64,000 bases of DNA, taken from Candidatus Buchananbacteria bacterium. Its GTDB lineage: Bacteria; Patescibacteriota; Patescibacteriia; Buchananbacterales; UBA6539. Shown piece after piece: positions 28,052 to 39,900 of the stretch. Within the stretch, counting starts at the first letter, position 1; each line of letters starts with the position of its first letter. Under the pieces are notes generated by a model. It did not search any database, had not been told where the DNA came from, and saw only the letters and a list, made by a program, of their open reading frames with translations. The position numbers were made by a program, and so were the translations under genes. The stretch spans positions 113,470 to 177,469 of the forward strand of contig JABWCG010000002.1 of assembly GCA_013359225.1 (NCBI GenBank), given 5' to 3'.

Positions 28052-30928
28052 ATGAATAGTAAAAGACTGTTTAATAACTTCCTAAAGATTTTTGAAACTA
28101 AAGCTACCATGGTGGTTTGCGCCGTGGTAGTTTTTGTTTTTGTTTTTGCGCCGGCGGCGTTTGCCTTAGAAACCGGTCTGCAGTATGGTACAGCATCCGG
28201 GCTTGGTACCCAGGATTTGCGGGTAAGTATTATGAAGATTATCCGGATTATTTTGGGATTTGTCGGGATTATTGCCATTTTGATTACGCTTTATGCCGGG
28301 TTTATTTGGATGACGTCCGGCGGCAATGCCGATAAGATTGATACCGCCAAGCGGACTCTACGCAATGCCGTCATTGGTTTGGTGATTATTTTTTCTGCGT
28401 TTGCCATTGTCAGCTTTATTATCGGAGCGCTTGAAGGCGCGCTGACTCAGCCGGGTTTGCCGGGCGGCCAGCCGCCGGATACCGGCTGTGTTAACTGCGG
28501 CCACTTGGGCGGCGGCATCATTGAAAGCGTTTATCCGACACCATTCCAGCGCGATGTTCCTCGTAATACCAATATTCAAGTTACTTTTAAAGTGCCGATG
28601 CAGCCAAATACCATTATTGACGGCGCTCCAGCCAGCTGTTCAGTGAGCAGCCCCTGCCAGGGTGAATTAGTTGCTGATAACGTTAAGATTTTTAAAGCGG
28701 ATGAGGATGAAGACGATGATAAGCTGGCTGCAGACGAAGTGGTGGTTACTAGCACCGACGGTAAAACGTTTATTATGGATGTTATTGATTATTTAGGTGA
28801 CTCGGCTAATAAAACGTGGTATTCGGTCAAATTGGATAATGATATCTTGAAAGATAATGGCCAGCTGGCTTTTCCGGGAGTTGACGATTTCTTCTTGTGG
28901 CAGTTTGAAGTTGGCACTTTCTTGGACCTTGATCCGGTTGAAGTGTTAAACGTTTTTCCGGCCCCTGATGACGCCAGTGACGACTATGATCAAACCAGTC
29001 CGCAGGCCGCCTTTGCGACATTGACAGTGCTTTCAAATCCGATTGCGGAAGTGGTGGCTGACGTTGATACGCCGGTCGTTACTGCCGGTACCACCGCTGC
29101 CTCGGTTAGTGGCACCTATAATGGATCATTTAACGGCAATGTGCGGGTAACGATTAATCCCGGTTCAAACACTGCTGAAGTTTTTTGGGAAACCGGTAGT
29201 GCAGACAACAACTCGGCGGCAGCAATTAATAATAATACGATTGGTTTAGGCAGTGGTTTACTGTTAACTTTGAGCGACGGGTATGCTGCCGGCAATCAGT
29301 GGACAATCACTGTTACGGCTGCGCGGCCGGCTGATACGTTACGAATCGGTTCCCGGCTTTATACATTTGTATCCGGCACCGCGGCGACCAATCAAATCCA
29401 AATTGGTAATACCTTGACCGTTACTGCCGGCAACATTGTCTCGGCGCTGGCGGACAATCTTGATGTTGAGGCCTCAAATACCGGTCCGTCTATTACCGTC
29501 ACCGCCAAGTTGGCCGGTAGTCAGGGCAACAGTATTGTGGTCCAGACCCGCGGCACCTGGTCTGATATCTGTAGTGGCAGTCCGCTGGTGTGTAATGCGA
29601 ACCAGAATAATTTGGCGCGTGGTGCAAATCAGGTTTTAACTCCGACGACTAACGATGCTCCTGACCAACCAAAAAATAGTATTATCAGTATTGATTTTAA
29701 TGAACCAATTGATGTTTCAAAAGTTAGTAATGCAACGATGATTGTCCAATACGAGGCTACACCCGGCAATTGGCAGACGGTTAATGGAGTGTATTTGTTT
29801 AGCAACCAGTATAAGACTGTTGAATTTTTGTCGGAGAATGCCTGTACCGACGTTTTTGGCAATCCAGTGATTAATTCCTGCGGCGAAGGCATCTTTTGTC
29901 TACCAACCGTTTCGCCCGATCCCGATCCGTACCAGGCAACTCATTATCGGGTAATTGTTAAGGCCGGGCTATTAAAAGAATGTGCTAGTAATTCCGACTG
30001 TTCAGACCCCAACTTCAACACGTGTGTTGCAACCGGTTCGGGTCAGGCCTGTCAGGGAACCTTTGATGCAGTTGAAGCGTTTTACCCAGAAACGCGGGAT
30101 CTTAACGCCAATGGCATTACGGATGCCGCCAACAATTCATTCAACGGTAATAAAGATGAGTACGTCTTAAACGGCCGGTCGTATGGCAAGGCTGACGGTC
30201 CGGCTGAACAAAGCGGCCAGGCCGAGTATAACCTTAACGATGGTGTTACCGCTAATCTTGGTGACGATTTAGTTTGGTATTTCTATATTAATAAGACACT
30301 TAATTTGGTTCCGCCAAAAGTGTCAACAATGGGGCCAACCATCAACCAGAGCGCCATTAGTCTGACCGAAGCGCCAAATGTGACTTTTGATAAATTGGTT
30401 AGCAGCAGCAGCTTGAAGCCGGGCAATAACTACCGTGATGGTTTTTGCTACTGTCAAAACGATTCAGAATGCAATCAAACCGCTGGAGAAACGTGTGATA
30501 CGATGCGCAACAAATGTGTTAATGCCAATGATGATGCCCAGACTTTCTGTGAACAGGATAATGAGTGTGAAACTAATCGTTGTGACAATAAGAAGTACGT
30601 TACTTTAATTGATCGTGCCACACCGAAAGTTGGTTGGTGGACTACGAAAGAAGATTTGGATACCGGTACGCCGCGCGATGGTTATGGTGACCAGACTAGG
30701 GGTTCGATCCGACACACTATCTTTAATGAAATCACGAATTACGGTGCGGAATTTGGTTCGGGGGTTAAAGATATCTATCAGAACTGTTACTTCCCGGGCG
30801 GTGGACCGGATGTTGGTCCGCTACCAAACTCTGATTGTCCGGTAACAGTTAACTTGCCGTACTGTTGTAATGGTGTGGCCTATAGTCAGGCTGATTGGGA
30901 AAACACGTCGTGTTTTACTGGGTATTAG
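28052..30928 (+). CDS. Large (958 aa) surface protein. The N-terminus is a TrbC/VirB2-like two-helix pilin module; the body holds beta-rich, Ig-like extracellular domains and a Cys-rich C-terminal region.
   Basis: After the signal peptide comes 'GTQDLRVSIMKIIRIILGFVGIIAILITLYAGFIWMTSGGNADKIDTAKRTLRNAVIGLVIIFSAFAIVSFIIGAL'. That is two hydrophobic helices separated by a short polar loop, with the I-W-M-T-G motif as in VirB2/TrbC pilins. The N-terminal ~130 residues are paralogous to those of the giant ORF downstream. Confidence 0.55.
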   Translation: MNSKRLFNNFLKIFETKATMVVCAVVVFVFVFAPAAFALETGLQYGTASGLGTQDLRVSIMKIIRIILGFVGIIAILITLYAGFIWMTSGGNADKIDTAKRTLRNAVIGLVIIFSAFAIVSFIIGALEGALTQPGLPGGQPPDTGCVNCGHLGGGIIESVYPTPFQRDVPRNTNIQVTFKVPMQPNTIIDGAPASCSVSSPCQGELVADNVKIFKADEDEDDDKLAADEVVVTSTDGKTFIMDVIDYLGDSANKTWYSVKLDNDILKDNGQLAFPGVDDFFLWQFEVGTFLDLDPVEVLNVFPAPDDASDDYDQTSPQAAFATLTVLSNPIAEVVADVDTPVVTAGTTAASVSGTYNGSFNGNVRVTINPGSNTAEVFWETGSADNNSAAAINNNTIGLGSGLLLTLSDGYAAGNQWTITVTAARPADTLRIGSRLYTFVSGTAATNQIQIGNTLTVTAGNIVSALADNLDVEASNTGPSITVTAKLAGSQGNSIVVQTRGTWSDICSGSPLVCNANQNNLARGANQVLTPTTNDAPDQPKNSIISIDFNEPIDVSKVSNATMIVQYEATPGNWQTVNGVYLFSNQYKTVEFLSENACTDVFGNPVINSCGEGIFCLPTVSPDPDPYQATHYRVIVKAGLLKECASNSDCSDPNFNTCVATGSGQACQGTFDAVEAFYPETRDLNANGITDAANNSFNGNKDEYVLNGRSYGKADGPAEQSGQAEYNLNDGVTANLGDDLVWYFYINKTLNLVPPKVSTMGPTINQSAISLTEAPNVTFDKLVSSSSLKPGNNYRDGFCYCQNDSECNQTAGETCDTMRNKCVNANDDAQTFCEQDNECETNRCDNKKYVTLIDRATPKVGWWTTKEDLDTGTPRDGYGDQTRGSIRHTIFNEITNYGAEFGSGVKDIYQNCYFPGGGPDVGPLPNSDCPVTVNLPYCCNGVAYSQADWENTSCFTGY

Positions 30929-30954
30929 AACTAATTTGATTTTACGTTAAGGGA

Positions 30955-33900
30955 ATGATCCCGAAAAAATCAAAAATAAAAAAATTAATCTTACCAATCG
31001 TATTTGGTTTGGTTCTTGGCAGCTTTTTAGTTGGTAGTTCAGTTTTGGCGTTAGAAACCGGTCTTGGATACGGCACATTCTCCGGTTTGGGCACCCAGGA
31101 TCTGCGGGTATCGGTCATGAATGTCGTTCGAGCGATACTTGGATTTTTGGGAGTGTTAGCCATCGTGATTATTTTCTACGGCGGCTTTATTTGGATGACC
31201 GCTGGTGGTAATGCGGACCGGATTGCAACGGCTAAAAAGATTTTAACCAACGCTGTAATTGGGTTAGTCATTATCTTTACTTCGTTTGCCATCACTAGTT
31301 TTGTCATTAATCAGCTGATTAATGCGACTGGTGCTGGCGGTGGTGGTATTACTCCGGGTAGTTGTGATGAACCTTCGGATGTTGGTGCAGTGAATGGCTG
31401 TTATGTTTGTACCGATTTTGGCAGTAACTACGGTTGGCAGGTTGATTGCAGCATTAACGGTTGTTGTCCGGGTCCTGCGCAATGCGGCGTGGTAAGCATT
31501 ACACCATCGTCGCCACCAAATCAGCCGATGAACGCGGTGGTGCGAGTTCGGTTTAATCTGCCCACAATTACCGGGGTTGATGAAATCCAGGTTATTGATA
31601 CGACGACCGGAAATCCGGTGGCCGTTAACCGAACGGTTGTTGGCAACGTGGTTGAGATTAGACCCACCGCTTTTTGCGCCGCGCCACAAGATGCTTTGAA
31701 TTGTTTTCCGGCAAACACCACCTTTAACATTGCCATGAATTCCGGATCAATTCAGTGCGGCGGTCAGAACTTGGTGTGTGGTGGTTTTCCGGACCCCTGT
31801 CAGGGCAGTTTTACCACAGGGGATTTTGTAGACATCGCCGGTCCGACGGTTGAGCTGGTTGATCGCCAGATTTGTCAGGGCACAACTAACGAATTGCGGG
31901 CGTTGGTCAATGACGATTATGGTATTGATAACGTTCAATTTTTTGATACAACATACGGTGTTTTGATTAGTACTGATACTAATGTCAGCGTACCACCGGA
32001 AGGTTTTGCTACTGGTAATTGGGACACTTCAACATACGCAATCAATGAGTTTGTGACCGTGGAGGCGCGAGCGTCTGATTATGATAGTCATGTTGCGACT
32101 GATCAGTTGCAATTTACCATTCGCGCCGGTCATTGCTGTAACGCGGTGCAAGATGGCGATGAAACCGGCTTGAATTGTGGTGGTAATGATTGTGAAGCGT
32201 GTAATCCGGTTATTGAGTGGGTGTCGCCGTTAAACGGCGAACAGGGTAACTTGATAACGGTTCATGGCCGTCATTTTGGCGATATCCCCGGAACAGTGAC
32301 TTTTTTGGGCGCACCAAATGACGGTGGTGCCGATAATCAGGATGGACTCAATCCGGCTTCAATTAACCCTCAGTGCAGTAACTATTGGACCGATACGGAA
32401 ATTGTCACTGTTGTTCCTGATGCTCAGGACGGACCAATTATGGTCCGGGCGAACAATGGTACGGTTGACACCACTAATGAGTTGCCGGGCAATACGATTG
32501 CCGATTTTGATCGTAACGATGTTGAGCGCCCCGGTATTTGTACGGTTGTGCCATCCAGTGGCGAGCCCGGTGATGCGGTTGTGATTCATGGTCTGCGCCT
32601 TGATGCTGGCAGTGAAGTATATTTCAGTTCGGTGTTAGCCGGCGGTACCCCGGTTGCTGATGGTTTAATGGTAACTGGCGCCACGGTGCCGAATCTGGAT
32701 CCGGCTCAGGTTGGTCTGCGGGTTAAAAATCAAACCCAGTTTAGTAACCCTAAAACTTTTTCGGTTGGCGACGCCAACGCTCCCGGCCAATTTCAGTGCA
32801 GCAGCGATCAGTTGACGTGTAGTCCGGATCAGTCAAAATGTACGCCGGACAAATTCTGTAATAGTTCTTGTAACTGCGAACCGCGTCAGACCTGTGATAC
32901 TAACACCGGCACACCCAGTTGTGAACCGAGTCAGGGTTTGTGTGATCCTGGGTGGTTTTGTTATAACCCGTTGCCCGATGGAACCCATCAGCCAGATCCA
33001 AACAAGCTTGCTTGTCACTGCTATCAAGCCCAGTTTTGTGACGATCCGACCTTAGCCGCTGATGTTCAAAATCCGGCCTGTCACCCTAATGATGGAGCAT
33101 GTCCGGATAATTATACCTGTGACCCTAATAGTAATTGTACTTGCCAGCCTGTCAGTTCGATTGGTGACGATTCAGCTTACGGCTGGTTTTTCCAGTCGGG
33201 GATTAAGCCGGGATCGTGTAGCAATGAAGCGGGTATTTGTGATCCAAATAGCGCGTTATGTAATAACGGCGAGACATGCAATCCAACGACTTGTAATTGT
33301 GAACCAACCACTCAATTTGCTTGTAGTAGTGACCCTAACGTTTGTAGCCCCGATCCTGATTTGTGTGAAACGGGAACTTTTTGTAATCAAACTTGTCAGT
33401 GTGAAACTCTGGTTCCTTGTGATGCCGATCCAAACAGTCCCAGTTGCGAACCCAGTGCCTGTCCACAGAGTTATTTCTGTTACAGCGCTTCGGTCGGTGA
33501 CCCGGGGTATGATGCGAAAAAATTAGATTGTTATTGTTATCCGGGCATTTTGTGCGACGGAGATATTAGCACGCCGGTTTGTGATCCGGATAACGATTTT
33601 TGTCCAACCGATTATGAATGTAATCCAAACAGCTGTTTTTGTGAGGCTCAGGTAAAGGTTTCAGACAGTTCGACGTATACATGGTTTTTCAATACGACAT
33701 CGTTTGGTCCGCGGGTAGTTGAGAGTTGTAACCGATCAAACACTTGTGACATTGACAGCTATTCCAGTCCGTCACCATATAATGTTTCCGGCACCAGAGC
33801 GGGTGGTTATACGGTGAGTGGTGCTCGACCTGACGACGGTGCGATTCCGGTTGATTCGATTATTACGGCAATGTTTACTACCGAGATGGTTGAAAATTCC

Positions 33901-36900
33901 ATCAACGAAACATCGGTAATCGTCTTGCGATGTAATGAGGCGAGTCAGCCGTTTAATCCGACTAGTTGTGGTGCCCAGCAAATTATTGACGATAACGGCA
34001 TAGACGTTCATGGCTGTGATTATCTTGGTGAGGCGGTAACGTGTTTTGATTTTGAACCTTCGGCCTTGCTAACTAAGAATTATTGGTACCAGGTCACGTT
34101 AAATACGAGTCAAATTTTTGGCACCAATGGTGTCAATTTAATTGGTAACAGTATTGATAATAATTACCGCTGGGTCTTTAAGACGCGTGACAGTGATGAA
34201 CTTAGCCGCGTTGCCTGTGTTTATGTTGAACCGACATATCAAACAGCATACAACTTAGGAGCTGAACATGACTGGAATGCCTATGTGTCACCGGAAGATT
34301 TTGTGTGTGTTTTGATGAATCCGGATCGATCATGCACTTGGGATTGGACAACTTCCGACGGTCGGGCCACGGTGATTGACCAAAACGGCAATGAAGCAAC
34401 AACACAAGCCTTGGCAGAAACACTGCCTGATCCGCCGGTTGACGTGATCGCGAGCTGTACCTTTAGTGACGGCCAGAAAGATGGTGAAGGTAAGCTGACA
34501 ATTGATTTAACCTCGCCATATGTTATTGATAAGTTTCCTGATTGTGGTACGGCGTGTTTGAATGCCAGAATTGGTGCGACGTTCAGTCGGGCGATGGATG
34601 CGGTGAGTGTGACTGACGCAATGACTTTGTATATCTGCTATAACAATCCAAATTGTGAGATTGGTCCCGCCAATGAAGTTACGAGCTTTAGTAAGCCAAC
34701 TGCTCCAGCGCCGGATGAAGCACCAAACACTTTTGTTGGTGACATGCCGTGCTTTGACGTTAATGATGATGGAAAATATGATTATTGTTTGCTGCCCGAT
34801 ACGTATTACCGCGTAGTTATCAACAATACGGCAGTCAGCGCCAATGACAATAAGCCGTTGGCAGGGTTGAATTTTGACGATCCGACGCTTGGTGGTACCG
34901 GCGACCTTGATTCGTATTCTTGGATTTTCAAGACCCAGGCTGATGCCGGTCTTTGTCTGCCGGATCGTATTGATGTTTTCCCACAAGACGAAGTAACACC
35001 GGTTGATACTACTATTAATTATGCCTCGCGTCCCCGCACTGCCGGCGATGCCTGCGATCCGGAATTCGGCCAGCGGTTAAATCCGTATATTTGGAGCTGG
35101 GATTATGATACTAATTTAGTCTCTCGCCAGTTTGATAATCCGTTTTGTAGTGGTTACGAAGTAGCAAACCTTTTGAGTACCGCGCCGCAAAATTATTGTA
35201 CTGAGCGCTTGCCGGGTAGCTTGCGCCAGTCATGCGGCAATAATGTAATTGAAATTGGCGAATCGTGTGACGATGGTAATCTGGTTAATGGTGATGGCTG
35301 TTCGAATTCTTGTTTGCATGAAGGGACAGTGACGCCGACCTGCGGCGATGGCAAAATTGGCGCCGGTGAGGAGTGTGAAACTCCCGGATCAAATTATTGT
35401 GGTGCGGACTGTTTGTGGGTTGGTAATACTGATTATGATTTGGAAGTGTGTGGCAATGGCATTGTTGAGCTTTCTGAAATGTGTGAATATCCAAACACTC
35501 CTGGGTGTGGGGCAACCTGCTTGTTGAGCGGTACTACTGGGGCAGCGATTTGTGGCAACGGCGTAATTGATCGGGGAGAAGAGTGTGATGAAGCCGAGCG
35601 GTTGAATGGTGATGCTCCGTCAAGCGGTGATTATAACGGCGACGGTATCAGTTGTGGCCCGACTTGTTTGATTGAAAATCGTGGTATTGGCGTCTGTCGC
35701 TCAGTTGCCACTAACAAGTTTGATTTTACACAAAACGGTGGCAGCTGTAACACTGGATATGTAGCGGTGCCACTTAATACTGCTACTGGCAACAGTAATG
35801 TTGGTTCGGTTTGCGGCAACCGGATTACCGAGCTTGGTGAACAGTGTGATCTTGGCGGCCGGTGTAGTGATAATAATAAACCTTGTACAGTTAGTAATCT
35901 TTCTAATTGCGCGAATTCGGCGACAGCGACCTGCGAGCCGCGTGATACGTATTGTTTTGACCCAGGCAACGCGACCGATGGTCAAACTTGTCCGACGCCT
36001 GGTTCGGCGTGCGGCACTAGCGGTGTGTGTATTGCCAATACTTGTACTGTTGAGTGTTTAAATGCCGGTTATCCGAGCGGATTTTATTCTGACAATATCA
36101 GTCCATATCAGATTGCTGCAGCCACCAAAGACGGTGAAACATATATCCAGTCATGGATTGGTGGCTATTCGCCGGTGGATACTGGGCCGATGGGCGAGGG
36201 GCATTTGTTGGTTGGTAATGGCGGCGGTAATCAGTTTGTGATCGTTGAACGCTGGCCTGATTGCGGTAGTGCATGTTTGAACGCCGACATTGGCGGACGC
36301 TTCAGTAAGTCGGCAGATCCGAATACGGTTAATGATTTGCAGGCAATTGATTTAGGTGCTGACCGAATTTTCCTCTACGAATGTGGCTTAGACTATAGTT
36401 GTGCAATTGATAGCCTTGAACCGATTGAGGTGAGTGTTGATTCCTATATTGAAGAATATGTTAATGATGCTTTTCGTATCAACCTGCCGCTTTTCTATAA
36501 TTTGATTGATCATGACAACAATCCGTCCACGCCAATGGTGAACGCCTTGTTGCCGAATACTAATTATCGTGTCGTGGTTCGTAATACGGTAACCAGCGCC
36601 GAAGGCTTGGCTTTGACTGGCTTAAATTTTGACGATCCTTATTACGATTACCAAAATCCCGACACTGGCAGCCGTCTTGATTCTCATTCTTGGGTCTTTA
36701 GAACACAAGACACCAGCGAGATTTGCAGTCTGGACAGCGTAAATGTTAATCCGGATGATTATTACTCGGAATCAGATGCCAGTGTGAGGTATAGCTCGGA
36801 GCCACGCAGTGAGCCTGACGTATGTGATCCGCGTTACGGCCAGCGGTTAAATCCGTTTTACTACGATTGGAATTGGGATGATGAAGAGGTGACTGGAAAT

Positions 36901-39900
36901 CCGACACCGCCACCGACCTTCTTGAACTCGGCTGAGTTTGCGTTGCCATTACGCGACGGTTGCGGCAATGCGTTGCTGCAATTTGGCGAGGATTGTGATG
37001 ATGGTAATTTAGATAATGGCGACGGTTGCTCGAGCGTTTGTCTGAACGAAGGAACGACCGCGCCGACTTGTGGTAATAACAAAATTGATCGGGGAGAAGA
37101 GTGTGAGCCGCCAAGTACCGGATATTGTGGTGCCAACTGTTTGCTGATTGGTAATGATAATTATACGCCGATTGCTTTGGGCGGTTATCGACTTGATGAT
37201 GTATGTGGTAATGGCGTGGTTGAGCCAGGTGAGGAGTGTGACGAGGGAACAGAGCCAAACGGCAATGAGGCAGACGGTTGTACGGATTACTGCCGGTATA
37301 CCGGTTCAGTGCCGGCAGCGCTGTCGATTTGTGGCGACGGCCAGATTGGCCTTGGCGAAGAATGTGATGACGCCGATTTTTCAAACGGTTCTCCGGTTGC
37401 TTCCGGCGATGGTTGTAGTGGCACTGATCCAATCGCTGCTTGTACTGGACTGGATCGAACAGCTTGTACGGCATTTCCGGCAGCTAACACCTGTTATTGG
37501 ACTGGTAGTACCTGTAAAACCAGGCCGTGTTTAGTGGAAAATAGAAACGTTGCGATTTGCCGTTCTGACCGTGCGGGCGAGTTTGATTTTAATCAGAGTC
37601 CGGCCGCATGTGAAGATGGTTATGATCCGTATAACCTAACTTCGGTGAGTGGTAATAATAATTTTGAAACTCCAATTTGTGGTAACCGGGTGATTGAAGA
37701 AGGTGAAGAGTGTGATTTGGGTGGCCGGTGTAGCGATAATGGTCGCCGCTGTATTCCAACCGATCTTTCTAATTGTGCAAATCCTAAAACAGCCGTCTGT
37801 GAATTGGCGCTTGGGATTTGTACTTCAGACGGTACAACCTGTACAGTCATTGGCTCAGCTTGCGGTAGTGGCGGAACCTGTTTTTCTACCGGGTGTAGCG
37901 CGGAGTGTTTAAATGCCGGTGCGATTGAAGATTCCTTATTACAAGACACTTTGATTGACCCGTACCAGGTGGTTAACACCCTTTCCGTGCCGACTGTTTT
38001 GGCTGAGGTAAATGAAGAAATTAAAGCGTTTGCGACGATTCAGCCAAATGCCGTTGGCGTTGGGTTGCTGCATGTGGTACCCGGTTCACAGGTTGATTTT
38101 GCGGTTATTGGTCATCAGCCGGCAATTGGTGCCACTAACCAATGTTTGAACGTTGGTATTTGGGCCTTGTTCTCACGGCCATTGAATACGGAAACGCTTA
38201 GCGCCGACAGCATCAGATTGTGTCAGGGAGGCGATTGTAGCTTGGTGAAAAATTATTCATACCGCATTGTTCAGGGTGAATGTGGCGATGACAGTTTCTG
38301 TCATTTCCCAGAACACCTGTCAGATGTTGATAGCTTTGGCGTTTGTCATAACGATTTTGATTGTGTTGGCGGCCAGCTGATCGTTCGAAGCCTTAATACT
38401 GACACGGGCTTTCTTGACCCAAACCAGGATTACGAAGTAAGAGTTGATCAAAACAATTTGCAAGATATTAACGGCATGACGCTAGCCGAAGCAAATACCT
38501 GTAACGGCCAGACTTCGTGTGAGTGGGGCTTTAGTTCCGGCACTGATTTTTGTGAATGTGAATATGTCAGCGTTTCCATCAACCCGACAACTGGTGGCTC
38601 GGAAACCGTTAAAGATTTGTTTACTTGTGCCGGTGATGACTGCGGTTCTGGGACCGTCTCGCCGTTTGACGACGACGCCGCAAACGGCAATCCGGCTACT
38701 GAGCAAAATTTGGCCGGTAACCAGCATTTATATGATACCGTCTGTTATGACATTCATAATAACGAGGGTGGCCGAATTCCGCTTTTGCCGACTGGGTTAC
38801 GGTTTGAGTGGGCGGTATTCCCGAATGACGATTTAATTTATCTCACCGATTCAGACGCAACGGACTTTATTAACGATGCTTCGTTTGTCACGCCGAACAA
38901 TAAGAATGGTGATTCTGATGTCTTTATTACCGCTTATGAATACCATTGCGGTGACGGGCCAAATTTCTGTGATCCACAAAGCGCCGGCGCTTGTGGCGAC
39001 TGTGGCGGCGATAAGGCAGTTAACCAGACGGTCCGGGTTACCAACTTCATGTGTAATAACCCTTGGCCCGGTGTAGAAGTGTTTGAAGATTCTGATACTA
39101 ATTGTGATGACGCTAATAATTGTTATGACACTAATTTCACCATGCTGTATTGTCGTGACCAGGGGCAAGAGGGAGTCCATGACGATTTGCCGCCCCTGTA
39201 TGAAGATCCGTTGGTATTGGGAAATAATCCGGCGTCGCCCGCGATTAAAGATTTTATTTTCACCTTTGCTTCAACCGGTGTTAACCGAACTGTTAATGAC
39301 CGGACGCCAAGCAATAAAACCTGGACCGGCGGGGTGGGCAGTAATTATCAGTTTACCGTTGCTCAAACCGGGAATTACGCCGTAAAAATTGACGGCTACA
39401 ACTATCCGACCCCGGGCTGGGGAAACAGTGCCGACTTGTCGAGTCGCGTTCAGCCAAATCCGGCATTGTTTGATTCAAATGTAAATTATAATGGTTTTAA
39501 TATTGATGTGTATTTGCGGACCGGCACCTGTTCGGCGTCGCCGGCTCAAAAATCCGGTACTGCTGTGTTACTGCCGTATGATGAAACTAACCCCCAAACC
39601 GGTTCGGTGTCGCTAGGCCAGTTAACGGCGGGTGAAACCTACTGCATGGAATTTCGCTGGACTAATGATTGGTGTAAATGTAATCCAGAGTGTCTGGCCT
39701 CTGGCGGTACGCTTGATGATCAGTGTGACGCCAATTTCCATTTCTTGGGTTGGCAGGTTATTTCGGAGAACACTTCCAACGATGCAATTGGTATTCGAGT
39801 TTTGGAAAATCCGCTCCACTTGTCGCCAACAACGTGGTACAGTTCCGGTTTGTGCGGCGGGGTGGCCGAATTTGACAGCCTGTGTTTCAGCGATGCTGAT

